In this document: positions 19,857 to 29,451 of the stretch, piece after piece | Layout of the letters: each line of letters opens with the position of its first letter | Numbering within the stretch: the stretch's first letter is position 1 | NCBI GenBank assembly: GCA_963765365.1 | Contig: CAVXWL010000036.1 | Location: 18,502 to 82,501 of the forward strand | Origin: an uncultured Alphaproteobacteria bacterium | GTDB lineage: Bacteria > Pseudomonadota > Alphaproteobacteria > Rhizobiales > Xanthobacteraceae | Length of the DNA stretch: 64,000 bases | Direction of reading: 5' to 3' | Translations under genes and position numbers: made by a program | Notes under the pieces: model-generated | The model's input: the letters and a program-made list of their open reading frames with translations, nothing else | Told to the model about the DNA's origin: nothing | Databases searched by the model: none

Positions 19857-20831
19857 CTAATTCGGCAGAAACTGCTCGGTATAGAGTGTCTTGAGATCAG
19901 GCGGTTCCTTGAGCATTCCGAGTTGGATCCAGGACCGCGCCAGCACGTCCAGCGCCTTCTGCTGGAATTTGCCGTCGGCGGAGAACATCGGCATGACTTC
20001 GTCGTAAGTGCGGCTGGAGACATCTTCGTCCTTGCCCATGACGGCGCCGGCGATCTTGACCGTCTCGGCCTTGTGCGCGCGCATATAGGCGATGGTCTCG
20101 AACCAGCCTTTGAGGAAGCTCCGCAGGTCGTCCGGCTTGCCGGCGATGTCCTTGTCGGTCGCATAGATGACGTGGATGATGAAGTCCTTCATCTGCGTAA
20201 AGCGCACGAGAATTCGGCCTTCGCCTTTCTTCTCGAGATTAAAGGCGTTGCCGACGTCCATGATAATGCCGTCGATGTCGCCGCGCTTGAGCGCGGCGAT
20301 CTGGCCGTCCATCGCGCCCATCGGCTCGATGTCGATGCCGTTCGGACCCCAGCCCTGGCTGCGCGAGGTTTCGCTCACCAGAAAGTAAGTCAGCGAGCCG
20401 GCGGTGGAGACGCTGACTTTCTTGCCTTTGAGATCGGCAACCGTCTTGGGACCATCGGGCCGCACCACGATGGCGAGCAACAGCGGCGGCCCGGCCATTG
20501 CGGCGATCGCCTTCACCGGCGCTCCCTTGGCAATGAAGGCCATTGCAGGCCCGGAGCCGAGCCCGACGTCGATACTGCCGGCCGCCATCGCCTGCTGCAT
20601 TTTGGCATCGCCGGCGAACGCGGTCTCCTGGATGTCGAGACCGTATTTCTTGAAGATGCCCGTCTGCATTCCGACGTCGAGCGGCGTAAAGGAAAAGGCT
20701 TCCGGCACCGCCTTGCCGACGCGCAGCATGTCCTCGGCTTTCGCGCTGGCGGCTATACCGGCAAGGCCGGCGGCGACGATGGCAATCGTCGCGATACGAC
20801 GCAGCGGCTTGAATGTCGCGAGCTTGTGCAT
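19857..20831 (-). CDS. Periplasmic substrate-binding protein (NMT1/THI5-like), paralog A
   Basis: Start at MHKLATF.. with signal peptide ..AASAKA; more than half of positions match 20878-21864 by eye. Confidence 0.8.
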   Translation of the reverse strand: MHKLATFKPLRRIATIAIVAAGLAGIAASAKAEDMLRVGKAVPEAFSFTPLDVGMQTGIFKKYGLDIQETAFAGDAKMQQAMAAGSIDVGLGSGPAMAFIAKGAPVKAIAAMAGPPLLLAIVVRPDGPKTVADLKGKKVSVSTAGSLTYFLVSETSRSQGWGPNGIDIEPMGAMDGQIAALKRGDIDGIIMDVGNAFNLEKKGEGRILVRFTQMKDFIIHVIYATDKDIAGKPDDLRSFLKGWFETIAYMRAHKAETVKIAGAVMGKDEDVSSRTYDEVMPMFSADGKFQQKALDVLARSWIQLGMLKEPPDLKTLYTEQFLPN

Positions 20832-20877
20832 GGCTGTCACTTCTCCTCCGTTTGCGCGTCGTGACGTCGGCGTGTCG

Positions 20878-21864
20878 TTATTGTTTCGGCAGGAACGCAT
20901 CGGTAATGAGTTTGCTCATGTCGGGCTCCTGCTGCAGCGTCTTCATCTCGACGAAGGAACGTTGCAGCGCTGCCAGAGCCTGCGGGTCGAAGCGGCCGTC
21001 GTCGGAGAACATCGGCATCAACTCGTCGTAGATCTCAGCGGTGAGCTTGGCGTCGGTGTCCATCACCGGCATGGCGATCTTGACCGTCTCGGCCTTGTGG
21101 CCGCGCATGAAGGCGATGGTCTCGAACCAGCCTTTGAGAAAGCGGCGCAAGTCGTCGGGCCTGTTCCGGATCGCGTTATCGGTGGCGAAGATGACGTGGG
21201 CGATGAAATGTTTTGCGATGTCACCGAAGCGCAGAATGATGCGACCGTCGCCCTGATCGGCATAGTTGAGCGCGACCGCCAGGTTGACCACGGCGGCATC
21301 GAGCGACTTGGATTTCACCGCGGCAACGCGCGCGCCGTCGTCGCCGACCGGCACCTGCATCATGCCGTCATTGCCCCAGCCTTTTTGTCGCGAGACTTCC
21401 TCGACCAGCCAGCTCGTAAGCGAGCCGACGGTGGAGACGCCGACCTTGCGGCCTTTCAGGTCGTCGACCGATTTGACGCTGCCGTCATTGCGCACAACCA
21501 GTGCGAAGATCAGCGGCGGCCCGGCCATCGCGGCAATACCCTTCACCGGCGAGCCTTTGACGATGAAGGCGAGGCCTGGCCCGGAACCGAGGCCGATATC
21601 GATGCTGTCGGCTGCCATCGCCTGCTGGACCTTGGCGTCGCCGCCGAAACTCGACACTTGAAGATCGAGACCGTTGTTCTTGAAAATGCCGGTCTGGCTG
21701 CCGACGTCGGCGGCGACAAAGGAGAATGCGGTGCGGCCGGCTTTACCGACCCGCAGTGTGTCGGTGCCGGCGGATGCCGCCGGCGCGAACGCAAGTGCCG
21801 CGAGGCTGGCCACGCCGATCAGTGCACCGTAAAGCGCAGCGCGCGAATATGCTCGACCCACCAT
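20878..21864 (-). CDS. Periplasmic substrate-binding protein (NMT1/THI5-like), paralog B
   Basis: Signal peptide ..APAASA; shares LRVGKA, IAAMAGPPL, FLKGWFETIA.MR.HKAETVKIA with paralog A. Confidence 0.8.
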   Translation of the reverse strand: MVGRAYSRAALYGALIGVASLAALAFAPAASAGTDTLRVGKAGRTAFSFVAADVGSQTGIFKNNGLDLQVSSFGGDAKVQQAMAADSIDIGLGSGPGLAFIVKGSPVKGIAAMAGPPLIFALVVRNDGSVKSVDDLKGRKVGVSTVGSLTSWLVEEVSRQKGWGNDGMMQVPVGDDGARVAAVKSKSLDAAVVNLAVALNYADQGDGRIILRFGDIAKHFIAHVIFATDNAIRNRPDDLRRFLKGWFETIAFMRGHKAETVKIAMPVMDTDAKLTAEIYDELMPMFSDDGRFDPQALAALQRSFVEMKTLQQEPDMSKLITDAFLPKQ

Positions 21865-21913
21865 GAAACGATCCTGCCCCTAGATTTTTCTTGTCCGCAG
21901 CGGTTGGCCTATC

Positions 21914-23743
21914 TTAACCGCCGGCACCGCCGTTGCGACCGGTTTTTTGCCGCATTTCGCGGCGCAAGGCATCTGTGGCGGTGCGGTCCAGCGCGAAGTC
22001 GTCTGACATCACGACGCCGTAGAGGGTGCGCGCGGCGTCCCGCGAGATGAACTCCTCGCGCACATCGTCGATCACCTTTGCCGGATCGCGGTCGCAGGGG
22101 TCGCCCCAGCCGCCGCCGCCGCCGGTGCGCACGATCGCAGCGGCGCCAAGCGGCACCGGCAGCCGGGCTCCGGCCAGTTGACGGAAACCGGTTTCGTCCG
22201 GCAATCGCAACAGGTAGCCGCCGGTCTCGCCGGAGGTGCCGCCGCGCAGTCCCCACGGCGGACATTGCGTGCGCCGGGTCTGTTCGAAATTCCACAGGCC
22301 CTCGACCAGATTGCGAACCCGCATGTCGATGCCTAATCCGCCGCGGTATTTTCCGGCGCCGCATGAATCCGGACGCAGCGCGCGGCTCTCCACCAGCACC
22401 GGACATTTCAGCTCGATGCCTTCGATCGAGCCGTTACGAACGTCGCCCTGACAGACCGACACGGTGCCGGATTCGCCGTCTTCGTAGGGCCGGCCGCCCC
22501 AGCCGCCGCCTTCCAGGCTCTGCACCACAAACCGCCGTCCGGTCTTCGGATGCAGGCCGAAAAACACCACCGCGCCGCCAAGCAGGCCGTGGTGGCCGGC
22601 CGGCACACGGTCGGGCATCGCGGGAGCGAGCGCTGCCACGATGCAGTCGACCACCGTCGGCACGATCGCGCTCCAGCCCGCCATCGGCGCCGGGAACCGC
22701 GCCATCATGATGTTTCCTTCGGGAATGATCACCTCGAGCGCGCGGAACGATCCCTCGTTGACGGGATCGACCGGGCCGGTCAGCGCTTTATAGGCGACGC
22801 GGGCGCCCGCGAGCGTGCGCGAATTGATGCCCGCTTTGCGTTCGGCGGAGCAACCGGACAAGTCGATGGTCATGGACGAGCCTTTGACCGTGACCTTGGC
22901 GTGGATCGGCACCGGCTCGCCTTTGCGCACGCCATCGTCGTCGATCGACGCCACGGCCTCGTAAACGCCATCGGGAAGTTGCGCCACGACATTGCGGCAC
23001 TTCTGCTCGGTCTCGTCAAAAATGCGCACGATCGCCGCCAGGATCGTGTCGCGGCCGTATTTGTCGAAAAGCTCGTCCATCCGGCGCGCGGCGAGGCGGC
23101 AGGCCGCCATTTGCGATTTCATGTCGCCGAGCGAGGATTCGGGAAAGCGGATGTTGTCCTTGATGACACGATAGAGCGTCTCGTCGAGCACGCCCTTGCG
23201 ATAGATCTTGAGCTGGTCGAATTGCATTCCCTCGAGCCACGGATCGGCGACCTGGGGGCCCGCGCCAAATCCGGTCGAGGTGCCGCCGACGTCGATCCAA
23301 TGGGCGCGCACCATGGCAAACATCAACAGCTCGCCGCGATAGAAATACGGCATGTAAATGACGATGTTGTTGAGATGCTGGCCGGCGACTGCCTGGTGAT
23401 TGGTGATGATGGCGTCGCCGGGCTCGAAACCCGTGGCGCCGTAGCGCTTCATGCTGTCGGTGATGATGACGCCAAGATCAGCAACGAAATGCGATACGCC
23501 GCCGACGTTCTGCGAGATCAACTGACCTTTGGGATCGACCAAAGCCGTGCAAAAGTCGCGCACCTCATAGATCATCATATTGTAGGAGGTGCGCTGCAGG
23601 TCGGCGGCCATCTCGTTGGCGATTGCCGGCAGCGCATTGCGGATCACCTCCAGCGTCACGGGATCGAGCGTGACGCGGCGCGTCGCGCGCGGGCGCCGGG
23701 CCGGCTTTGCCTTCGGTTTCTTCATGGGTGATTTCCCGCTCAT
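21914..23743 (-). CDS. hyuB: Hydantoinase B / oxoprolinase family protein
   Basis: DPVTLEVIRNAL..ANEMA..L.RTSYN..I.E..DF..AL N-terminus typical of HyuB; ATGA overlap with hyuA. Confidence 0.9.
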   Translation of the reverse strand: MSGKSPMKKPKAKPARRPRATRRVTLDPVTLEVIRNALPAIANEMAADLQRTSYNMMIYEVRDFCTALVDPKGQLISQNVGGVSHFVADLGVIITDSMKRYGATGFEPGDAIITNHQAVAGQHLNNIVIYMPYFYRGELLMFAMVRAHWIDVGGTSTGFGAGPQVADPWLEGMQFDQLKIYRKGVLDETLYRVIKDNIRFPESSLGDMKSQMAACRLAARRMDELFDKYGRDTILAAIVRIFDETEQKCRNVVAQLPDGVYEAVASIDDDGVRKGEPVPIHAKVTVKGSSMTIDLSGCSAERKAGINSRTLAGARVAYKALTGPVDPVNEGSFRALEVIIPEGNIMMARFPAPMAGWSAIVPTVVDCIVAALAPAMPDRVPAGHHGLLGGAVVFFGLHPKTGRRFVVQSLEGGGWGGRPYEDGESGTVSVCQGDVRNGSIEGIELKCPVLVESRALRPDSCGAGKYRGGLGIDMRVRNLVEGLWNFEQTRRTQCPPWGLRGGTSGETGGYLLRLPDETGFRQLAGARLPVPLGAAAIVRTGGGGGWGDPCDRDPAKVIDDVREEFISRDAARTLYGVVMSDDFALDRTATDALRREMRQKTGRNGGAGG

Positions 23744-25776
23744 CGTCCGCGGCCCACCGCGATGATCAGTTCGCCGGACGGCGCAACACGGCAATTGTCG
23801 CCCGGATAAAGCACGGTCGTCGTGCCATGCTCCTCGATCAGCGCCGGCCCGCGGATGCGGGCGCCGGCCGCGAGCGTATCGCGCGCATAGACCGGGCAGG
23901 CAACCGGCTTTTTGTCGTCACCCAGATAGACCGGGCGGCGGTGCACCGAAGCGTGCTTCGTTGCGCGTTTGCGCGGGAATGTGAGCTTCGGCCGCTTGCC
24001 GATCACCGCGAGCCGGATATTGACCATCTCCACCGGTTCCTCCGGCGAATGATGGGCATAGCGCTGCTCATAGAGGCGATCGAACGCGGCCCGGATGTCG
24101 CGGCGATCGGCCTTCTTCAACTGCGCAAGCGTGACCGGCACCGGCAGGGTGAATTCCTGTCCGGTATAGCGCAGGTCGAGATGGATTTGCCGCGCGGCGC
24201 CGCGGGCGTGACGCAAGCCGGTCTGCGCTTCCGCCACCATCTCGGCGTGCACCTTCAGCAATTTGCCGAAGTCGACGGCGGCAAGATCGGCGTAATAGGT
24301 GCGGATGAAATCGTGGCGCTCGTCGGCGAGCAGCATGCCGAGCGCCGAAAAATGCGATGGGAACAGCGGCACGATCACCGTCGGAATGTGCAGTTCGCGC
24401 GCGACGTCGAGGACGTGGAGGGGACCGGCGCCGCCGGATGCCACCAGAACGAAGTCGCGCGGGTCGTAGCCCTTCTCGACCGACACTTCGCGCACCGCAA
24501 GCGACATTTTGTTGACTGCGATTTCGAGGATCGCGCGCGCGGCTTGGGTCACCGTCATGCCGAGCGGTCTGGCGATCTTGTTCTCGATCCCCCGCGCCGC
24601 GCCGTCGGCGTCAAGCACCATGGTGCCGCCGAGAAAATTATGCGGATCGAGCCGGCCGAGCACCACATTGGCGTCGGTGATCGTCGGTTCGGTGCCGCCG
24701 CCGCGATAGCAGATCGGTCCCGGATCGGCGCCGGCGCTTTGCGGGCCGACCTTCAAGGCGCCAATCTCGTCGCGCCAGGCGATCGAGCCGCCACCGGCGC
24801 CGATCTCGACGACGTCGATCATCGGCACCATGACGGGATGGCCGCTGGCGTAGCCGCCGACGTAGTAGCCGGGCGCCATTGTCGGTTCGCCGTCGCGGAT
24901 CAGGCTCGCCTTCGCGGTGGTGCCGCCCATGTCGAAGGAGATGACGTTGCCGTAGCCGAGCTTCTCCCCAACGCGTGCCGAAGCGATGATGCCGCCGACC
25001 GGGCCGGATTCCATCATCGCCACCGGGCGCTCCTCCGCCACTTCCGGCGTCATCACGCCGCCGTTGGAGCGCATGATCGAGAGGTTGCCCGTAAACCCGA
25101 TAGTCTCGAGCTTGCCTTTCAAGGCACGCACATAGCCGCCGACCCGGCGGCCGACATAGGCATTGACGACCGTCGTCGAGGTACGTTCGTACTCGCGATA
25201 TTCGCGCAGAATCTCGTGGGACAGGGAGAGATAGGCGTTGGGCAGTATCTGCCGGACGATCGCGCCGGCCGCGCGCTCGTGCTCGGGGTTGAGGTAGGAG
25301 TGCAGGAAGCATACTGCGACGGCGTCGACGCCCTCCGCGGCGAGCGCGCGCGCGGCTATTTCCACGCCGTCGCGGTCTAGCTCCTCGTGGACCGCGCCCG
25401 AGGCCAGCACCCGCTCGGCGACCTCGCGGGTAAGATGCCGCGGCACCAGCGGACGATGGCGATGAAAGAAAAGATTGTAGGCCTCCGGGCGGTTGCCGCG
25501 GCCGATGATGTAGACGTCGCGCGTTCCATTGGTGACGATCAGCCCGGTCTTTGCCCCGGTGCGTTCGATGAGCGTGTTGATGGCGATGGTCGAGCCATGG
25601 ATGAGTTCATCGATTCCGCCCGCGGTCAGGCCGCTCTTTTGCAGGCAATCGATTATGCCCTGCACGAGATTGGCCGGTGTGGTGAGGCTCTTGGCGTCGA
25701 CGAAGCGCCCGGCGCGGTCGTCAAATCCAACCAAATCGGTAAAGGTGCCGCCGATATCGATGGCAACGGCAATCAC
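23740..25776 (-). CDS. hyuA: Hydantoinase A / oxoprolinase family protein
   Basis: AIDIGGTFTDLV N-terminus, FDMGGTT(A)K and other HyuA ATPase motifs; 678 aa. Confidence 0.9.
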   Translation of the reverse strand: MIAVAIDIGGTFTDLVGFDDRAGRFVDAKSLTTPANLVQGIIDCLQKSGLTAGGIDELIHGSTIAINTLIERTGAKTGLIVTNGTRDVYIIGRGNRPEAYNLFFHRHRPLVPRHLTREVAERVLASGAVHEELDRDGVEIAARALAAEGVDAVAVCFLHSYLNPEHERAAGAIVRQILPNAYLSLSHEILREYREYERTSTTVVNAYVGRRVGGYVRALKGKLETIGFTGNLSIMRSNGGVMTPEVAEERPVAMMESGPVGGIIASARVGEKLGYGNVISFDMGGTTAKASLIRDGEPTMAPGYYVGGYASGHPVMVPMIDVVEIGAGGGSIAWRDEIGALKVGPQSAGADPGPICYRGGGTEPTITDANVVLGRLDPHNFLGGTMVLDADGAARGIENKIARPLGMTVTQAARAILEIAVNKMSLAVREVSVEKGYDPRDFVLVASGGAGPLHVLDVARELHIPTVIVPLFPSHFSALGMLLADERHDFIRTYYADLAAVDFGKLLKVHAEMVAEAQTGLRHARGAARQIHLDLRYTGQEFTLPVPVTLAQLKKADRRDIRAAFDRLYEQRYAHHSPEEPVEMVNIRLAVIGKRPKLTFPRKRATKHASVHRRPVYLGDDKKPVACPVYARDTLAAGARIRGPALIEEHGTTTVLYPGDNCRVAPSGELIIAVGRGR

Positions 25777-26258
25777 GCAGCAGACTCCTGGTTGTTGGGG
25801 CGACTGGGTTGCCGGGTGCCCGTTTCTTTCAGACCCCCCGACTGATCGGCTTGGGCTTGTTCTCTATCTGGGGCCCTCAAGGCCGTCTAGAAGCCACCAT
25901 AGCCGCATTGGGTTCCGAGAGGCCAGCATCGCTAAGCGCTGCTGCAAGGAGTGCATAGCGTGAAGCATGGACTCGACCGGTCGATGAAATTCCCAGAGGG
26001 GTAAGCGCGGCTGGCCGGCGACTCGACAGCGTGTAGCGACCTCCAATGAAGAGAAGACCTCTACATTGGACGAACTCCGCATTTCGGCACGGGGCCGGCA
26101 ATCAGGATCGCCGGCCGATCGTGTTGGAGCGGTCGCCAACGGTCTTACCGGTTCGGCTGGCGTCGTCCTGCCGTTCGCGCGGCCTCGCGCGCTATTCGCC
26201 GAACTTTTGGGCTCTGTCGCAAACCAGGATTGTGGACGAAATGTGCGAAGAGCAGATG

Positions 26259-26699
26259 CTACCTCAAACCTATCGTCATGCCGCCAAGGCCCAGCGATAA
26301 CTGAAACCCGACCTGCGGCCCATGCAGCGTCAGCACGACGCCCTTCTCGTTTTGCAGCGTTGCGACCTGTCCGCCGCCGACAAACGCGGCGCCCGCGCCC
26401 GCCGCACCATACGTGCCGGCGATATCGGATGGGTGGTGCAAATTCGAGGCGGTGCCACTGAGCGACACGCCGGCGATGCCGAGACTCCCCACGCCGATCC
26501 CGCCGACGCTCAAACGGTAGGTATGGCCGTGGTAGTGCAATGTGCCGGAGCCACCGCCAACACCGACGATGAACCCCGCCTTGATGATATTGAGATTGAC
26601 CGATCCAGACTGAGCATGCGACGGCGTTGCCACCCCCATGCCCACCATGACCACTGCCGCAGCAGCCAGAAGCCTCAACGCGCGAATAGCACCAATCAT
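26259..26699 (-). CDS. Secreted Gly-rich conserved hypothetical protein (paralog of 34798-35253)
   Basis: Signal peptide ..ATPSHA; GSGTLHYHGHTYRLSVGGIGVG..GTASNLHHPSDIAGTY..LQNEKGVVLTLHG aligns with the 34798-35253 product. Confidence 0.6.
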   Translation of the reverse strand: MIGAIRALRLLAAAAVVMVGMGVATPSHAQSGSVNLNIIKAGFIVGVGGGSGTLHYHGHTYRLSVGGIGVGSLGIAGVSLSGTASNLHHPSDIAGTYGAAGAGAAFVGGGQVATLQNEKGVVLTLHGPQVGFQLSLGLGGMTIGLR

Positions 26700-26808
26700 T
26701 TTGTCGTCCTCCCCGTTAAACGTCGTGCTAACTTAGTCCCATGGGCCGGCGCGGCCCGCAGATTATGCAACAACCGCCAACCGCATACGTGTTGCCGGAT
26801 TGAACTCA

Positions 26809-26822
26809 TTGACATAGATCAA
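26809..26822. promoter_or_regulatory. FNR/FixK-type box TTGACATAGATCAA
   Basis: Exact TTGA-N6-TCAA palindrome in the divergent intergenic region between 26699 (-) and 26918 (+). Confidence 0.7.
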
Positions 26823-26917
26823 GTTTGTCGGGGCCTAACCGGTTATTGTGTTTCAATGTCAATATGTTCACTCTGCCTCCACGCGGACGATCTGCCTCGT
26901 CAAGGTAAGGAGCGTAA

Positions 26918-27340
26918 ATGTCCGCGCAGCTGAATCCGGCAGCTTCGCACCATCTGCCAATCTTCATTACAGCTCCGGGCGACACCGACGTGCTCATGGT
27001 CGTGGCGGCCCTTACGCTCCTGGCTGCTACGCTGGCGTTCGGTCTTATATTTTTGTACCTGCACACGCTGCCGGAACGCATGGCGCACCGGTCACACAAA
27101 TTGCAATTTGAGATCGTCGCGGTGCTGGGCTTGCTCGCCCTGTTCACCCATACACACGTGTTCTGGGTGGCGGGCCTCTTGCTCGCCTTGATCGATATTC
27201 CTGACTTTGGCGGCTGGATGGGCCGGATCACGGCGGCAGTCGAGAAAATTGCGGGACAGAAGTCTGATGCGGGCGGACTGACTGCGCTGGACGGAACGCA
27301 GCCAAGCGAGGTTACGTCGAAGGAGCCCGCGGATGCTTGA
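26918..27340 (+). CDS. Small inner-membrane protein (YibI/DUF3302-like by context)
   Basis: Two or three TM helices; AAGGAG RBS; overlaps the HlyD-family gene by 8 nt. Confidence 0.5.
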   Translation: MSAQLNPAASHHLPIFITAPGDTDVLMVVAALTLLAATLAFGLIFLYLHTLPERMAHRSHKLQFEIVAVLGLLALFTHTHVFWVAGLLLALIDIPDFGGWMGRITAAVEKIAGQKSDAGGLTALDGTQPSEVTSKEPADA

Positions 27341-28562
27341 GCTTCTTCTGTGTTCTCTCGTGACGATCCTTCCGGATTATCTGTACCGCCGGTACCGGCA
27401 GGGCAAGCGTTTCGGGCACGAAATCACGCTCTACTCGGTATGGTATGAGCTGCGATGGGGCATCACCACATGCCTGATGCTGACCGTCTGCCTCATCACG
27501 CTCATTTTCTATTTTCACCCGTCGACCGACAGCGTCACGCTGTATTTCAGAACAGTCCCGATCCTCCCCGAGACGAGCGGTCGTGTCGCCAAGGTTTATG
27601 TCGATTTCAGCGGTCCTGTTAAGCAGGGCGCCCCGATCTTCAAGCTCGATAGCTCCAAACAGGAAGCCGCGGTAGAAACCGCACGGCGCAAGATCGCGGA
27701 AGTCGAGGCCGATATCGTGGCGGCGAAAGCCGACATCGTGAAAGCCGACGCGCAGATTCGGGAAAGCCAAAGCAACTATCAACAGGCGGTCGACGAGCTT
27801 GACACCAAGCAGGAGCTGCAGCGGCGGAATTCGGGAACTGTACCCGAACGCGAGATCGAGCGGCTCCAGCTGCTGGTGCAGGGCCGTAAAGCGTCGCTCG
27901 AAGCCGCGATCGCGACAAAGGATGTTGAGGAATCGCAAGTGACGAATGAGTTTCCTGCCGAAAAGTCCAGTGCCGAAGCGTCGCTGGCCCAGGCGCAGGT
28001 CGATCTCGACAAGACCGTCATTCGCGCCGGCGTCGATGGCCGGGTCGAGCAATTTGCGCTGCGGGTCGGCGATGTCGTCAATCCGCTGATGCGTCCGGCC
28101 GGCGTGTTGGTTCCCGACAAGACCGGACGCAACCTGGTCGCTGGCTTCGACCAGATCGAAGCCCAGATCATCAAGCCGGGCATGATCGCCGAAGTCGCCT
28201 GCGTGTCGAAGCCATTCACCATCATCCCGATGGTTGTCACCCAAGTTCAGGATTTTATTGCCGCGGGCCAATTCCGCGGCGGCGATCAATTAATCGATCC
28301 GCAGCAGGTGACTCGGCCCGGGACGCTGCTTGCGTTCCTTGAGCCGCTCTACGACGGCGGCATCGATGACGTAACGCCGGGCAGCAGCTGTATCGCCAAC
28401 GCCTATACCAACAACCACGATCTGATTGCGTCGCCGGAGACCGGCACGCTGAAGGGTTTGGTACTGCATGCCGTCGATGGCCTCGGCCTCGTCCATGCGC
28501 TGCTGTTGCGGATCCAGGCGCTGGTTCTTCCGTTCCGGACGCTCGTCTTCAGCGGCCACTAA
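27333..28562 (+). CDS. HlyD-family membrane-fusion/secretion protein (YibH-like)
   Basis: N-terminal TM helices, long coiled coil (QEAAVETARRKIAEVEADI..), VIRAGVDGRVEQF lipoyl/barrel motifs. Confidence 0.8.
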   Translation: MLELLLCSLVTILPDYLYRRYRQGKRFGHEITLYSVWYELRWGITTCLMLTVCLITLIFYFHPSTDSVTLYFRTVPILPETSGRVAKVYVDFSGPVKQGAPIFKLDSSKQEAAVETARRKIAEVEADIVAAKADIVKADAQIRESQSNYQQAVDELDTKQELQRRNSGTVPEREIERLQLLVQGRKASLEAAIATKDVEESQVTNEFPAEKSSAEASLAQAQVDLDKTVIRAGVDGRVEQFALRVGDVVNPLMRPAGVLVPDKTGRNLVAGFDQIEAQIIKPGMIAEVACVSKPFTIIPMVVTQVQDFIAAGQFRGGDQLIDPQQVTRPGTLLAFLEPLYDGGIDDVTPGSSCIANAYTNNHDLIASPETGTLKGLVLHAVDGLGLVHALLLRIQALVLPFRTLVFSGH

Positions 28563-28587
28563 GACGAGTTGGCAAATTGCGCTGAAG

Positions 28588-29313
28588 TCAGCCGTTGATG
28601 CGGCGAAGCGTCGAACGGTTTCGCAGGACCACCTGTCGGGTCGACACTTCGATCCCGCCGTGATCTTTGAGAAATTTCAGCGTCCGCGACACTGTCTCTA
28701 TGGTCAGCCCGAGATAATCGGCGATGTCCTGACGTAACATCGGCAATTCAATCGAGTCTCCCGTCGATCGCTTGGCCATTTCGAGGATGAACCAGGCGAC
28801 GCGCTCCTCAGCGGTTTTGGCGAGCAGCAATACGCGATCTTGCACACGGGCCAGTTCACGGGCGGTAAGCATCAGCAGCTGGCGCGCTACCGCCGCGTCG
28901 CTACTTGCCAAGGCCATCAGCGCTGCGCGTTTGACAACTAGAATCTTGGCGTCCGATATGGCTTCTGCCGCGCGGTCGTGCCGATCGATATGTTCGAGCG
29001 CGAAACTTTCGTCCGCCAGGTAGAACGAGTTGATGTGGCGGCGGCCGTCGCTGAGGATTTTGTAGGTACAAACAGTGCCGGCCAGAACTTTGTAGATTTG
29101 GTTGGCCGGCCCCTCGTCGCCGAAAATCTGTTTGTTCCGAGAAAAGGACCTGACCACTCCCACGCTGAGCATGGCGTGCTCAAGCGCCCCGCTGCTCCCT
29201 GTATTCGGAGCGACCTGCTTGTATTCCAGTAACGCAAGCGGATTTTGGACTGCCAGATTTTGAGAAACACGGAGAGCCGTCGCCTGCGTCTGCATATGCC
29301 GCCCCATTCTCAA
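28588..29313 (-). CDS. Crp/Fnr family transcriptional regulator, FixK-like
   Basis: cNMP-like barrel (IYKVLAGTVCTYKILSDGRR) and C-terminal HTH RQDIADYLGLTIETVSRTL; no N-terminal Cys cluster, so FixK-like rather than Fnr-like. Confidence 0.85.
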   Translation of the reverse strand: MRMGRHMQTQATALRVSQNLAVQNPLALLEYKQVAPNTGSSGALEHAMLSVGVVRSFSRNKQIFGDEGPANQIYKVLAGTVCTYKILSDGRRHINSFYLADESFALEHIDRHDRAAEAISDAKILVVKRAALMALASSDAAVARQLLMLTARELARVQDRVLLLAKTAEERVAWFILEMAKRSTGDSIELPMLRQDIADYLGLTIETVSRTLKFLKDHGGIEVSTRQVVLRNRSTLRRING

Positions 29314-29451
29314 TGGTTTCGACAGCAGTGGACCGTACGGAATGAGGAATATGCTGCCGCCGGCCTCGCTTCGATCACTTCGCGGAGCGATTGTGCGATA
29401 TCGGATTCGCGATCGGAAGCTACACGAAAGGACGGGTGGCTCAACTTTGGT

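Noticed and set aside
25777-26258. Known riboswitch (cobalamin, TPP, glycine, and so on) in the hyuA leader
   Set aside because: I could not find any of the conserved cores by eye on either strand, for example the B12 box or the TPP CUGAGA. It is kept only as a low-interest unexplained gap.
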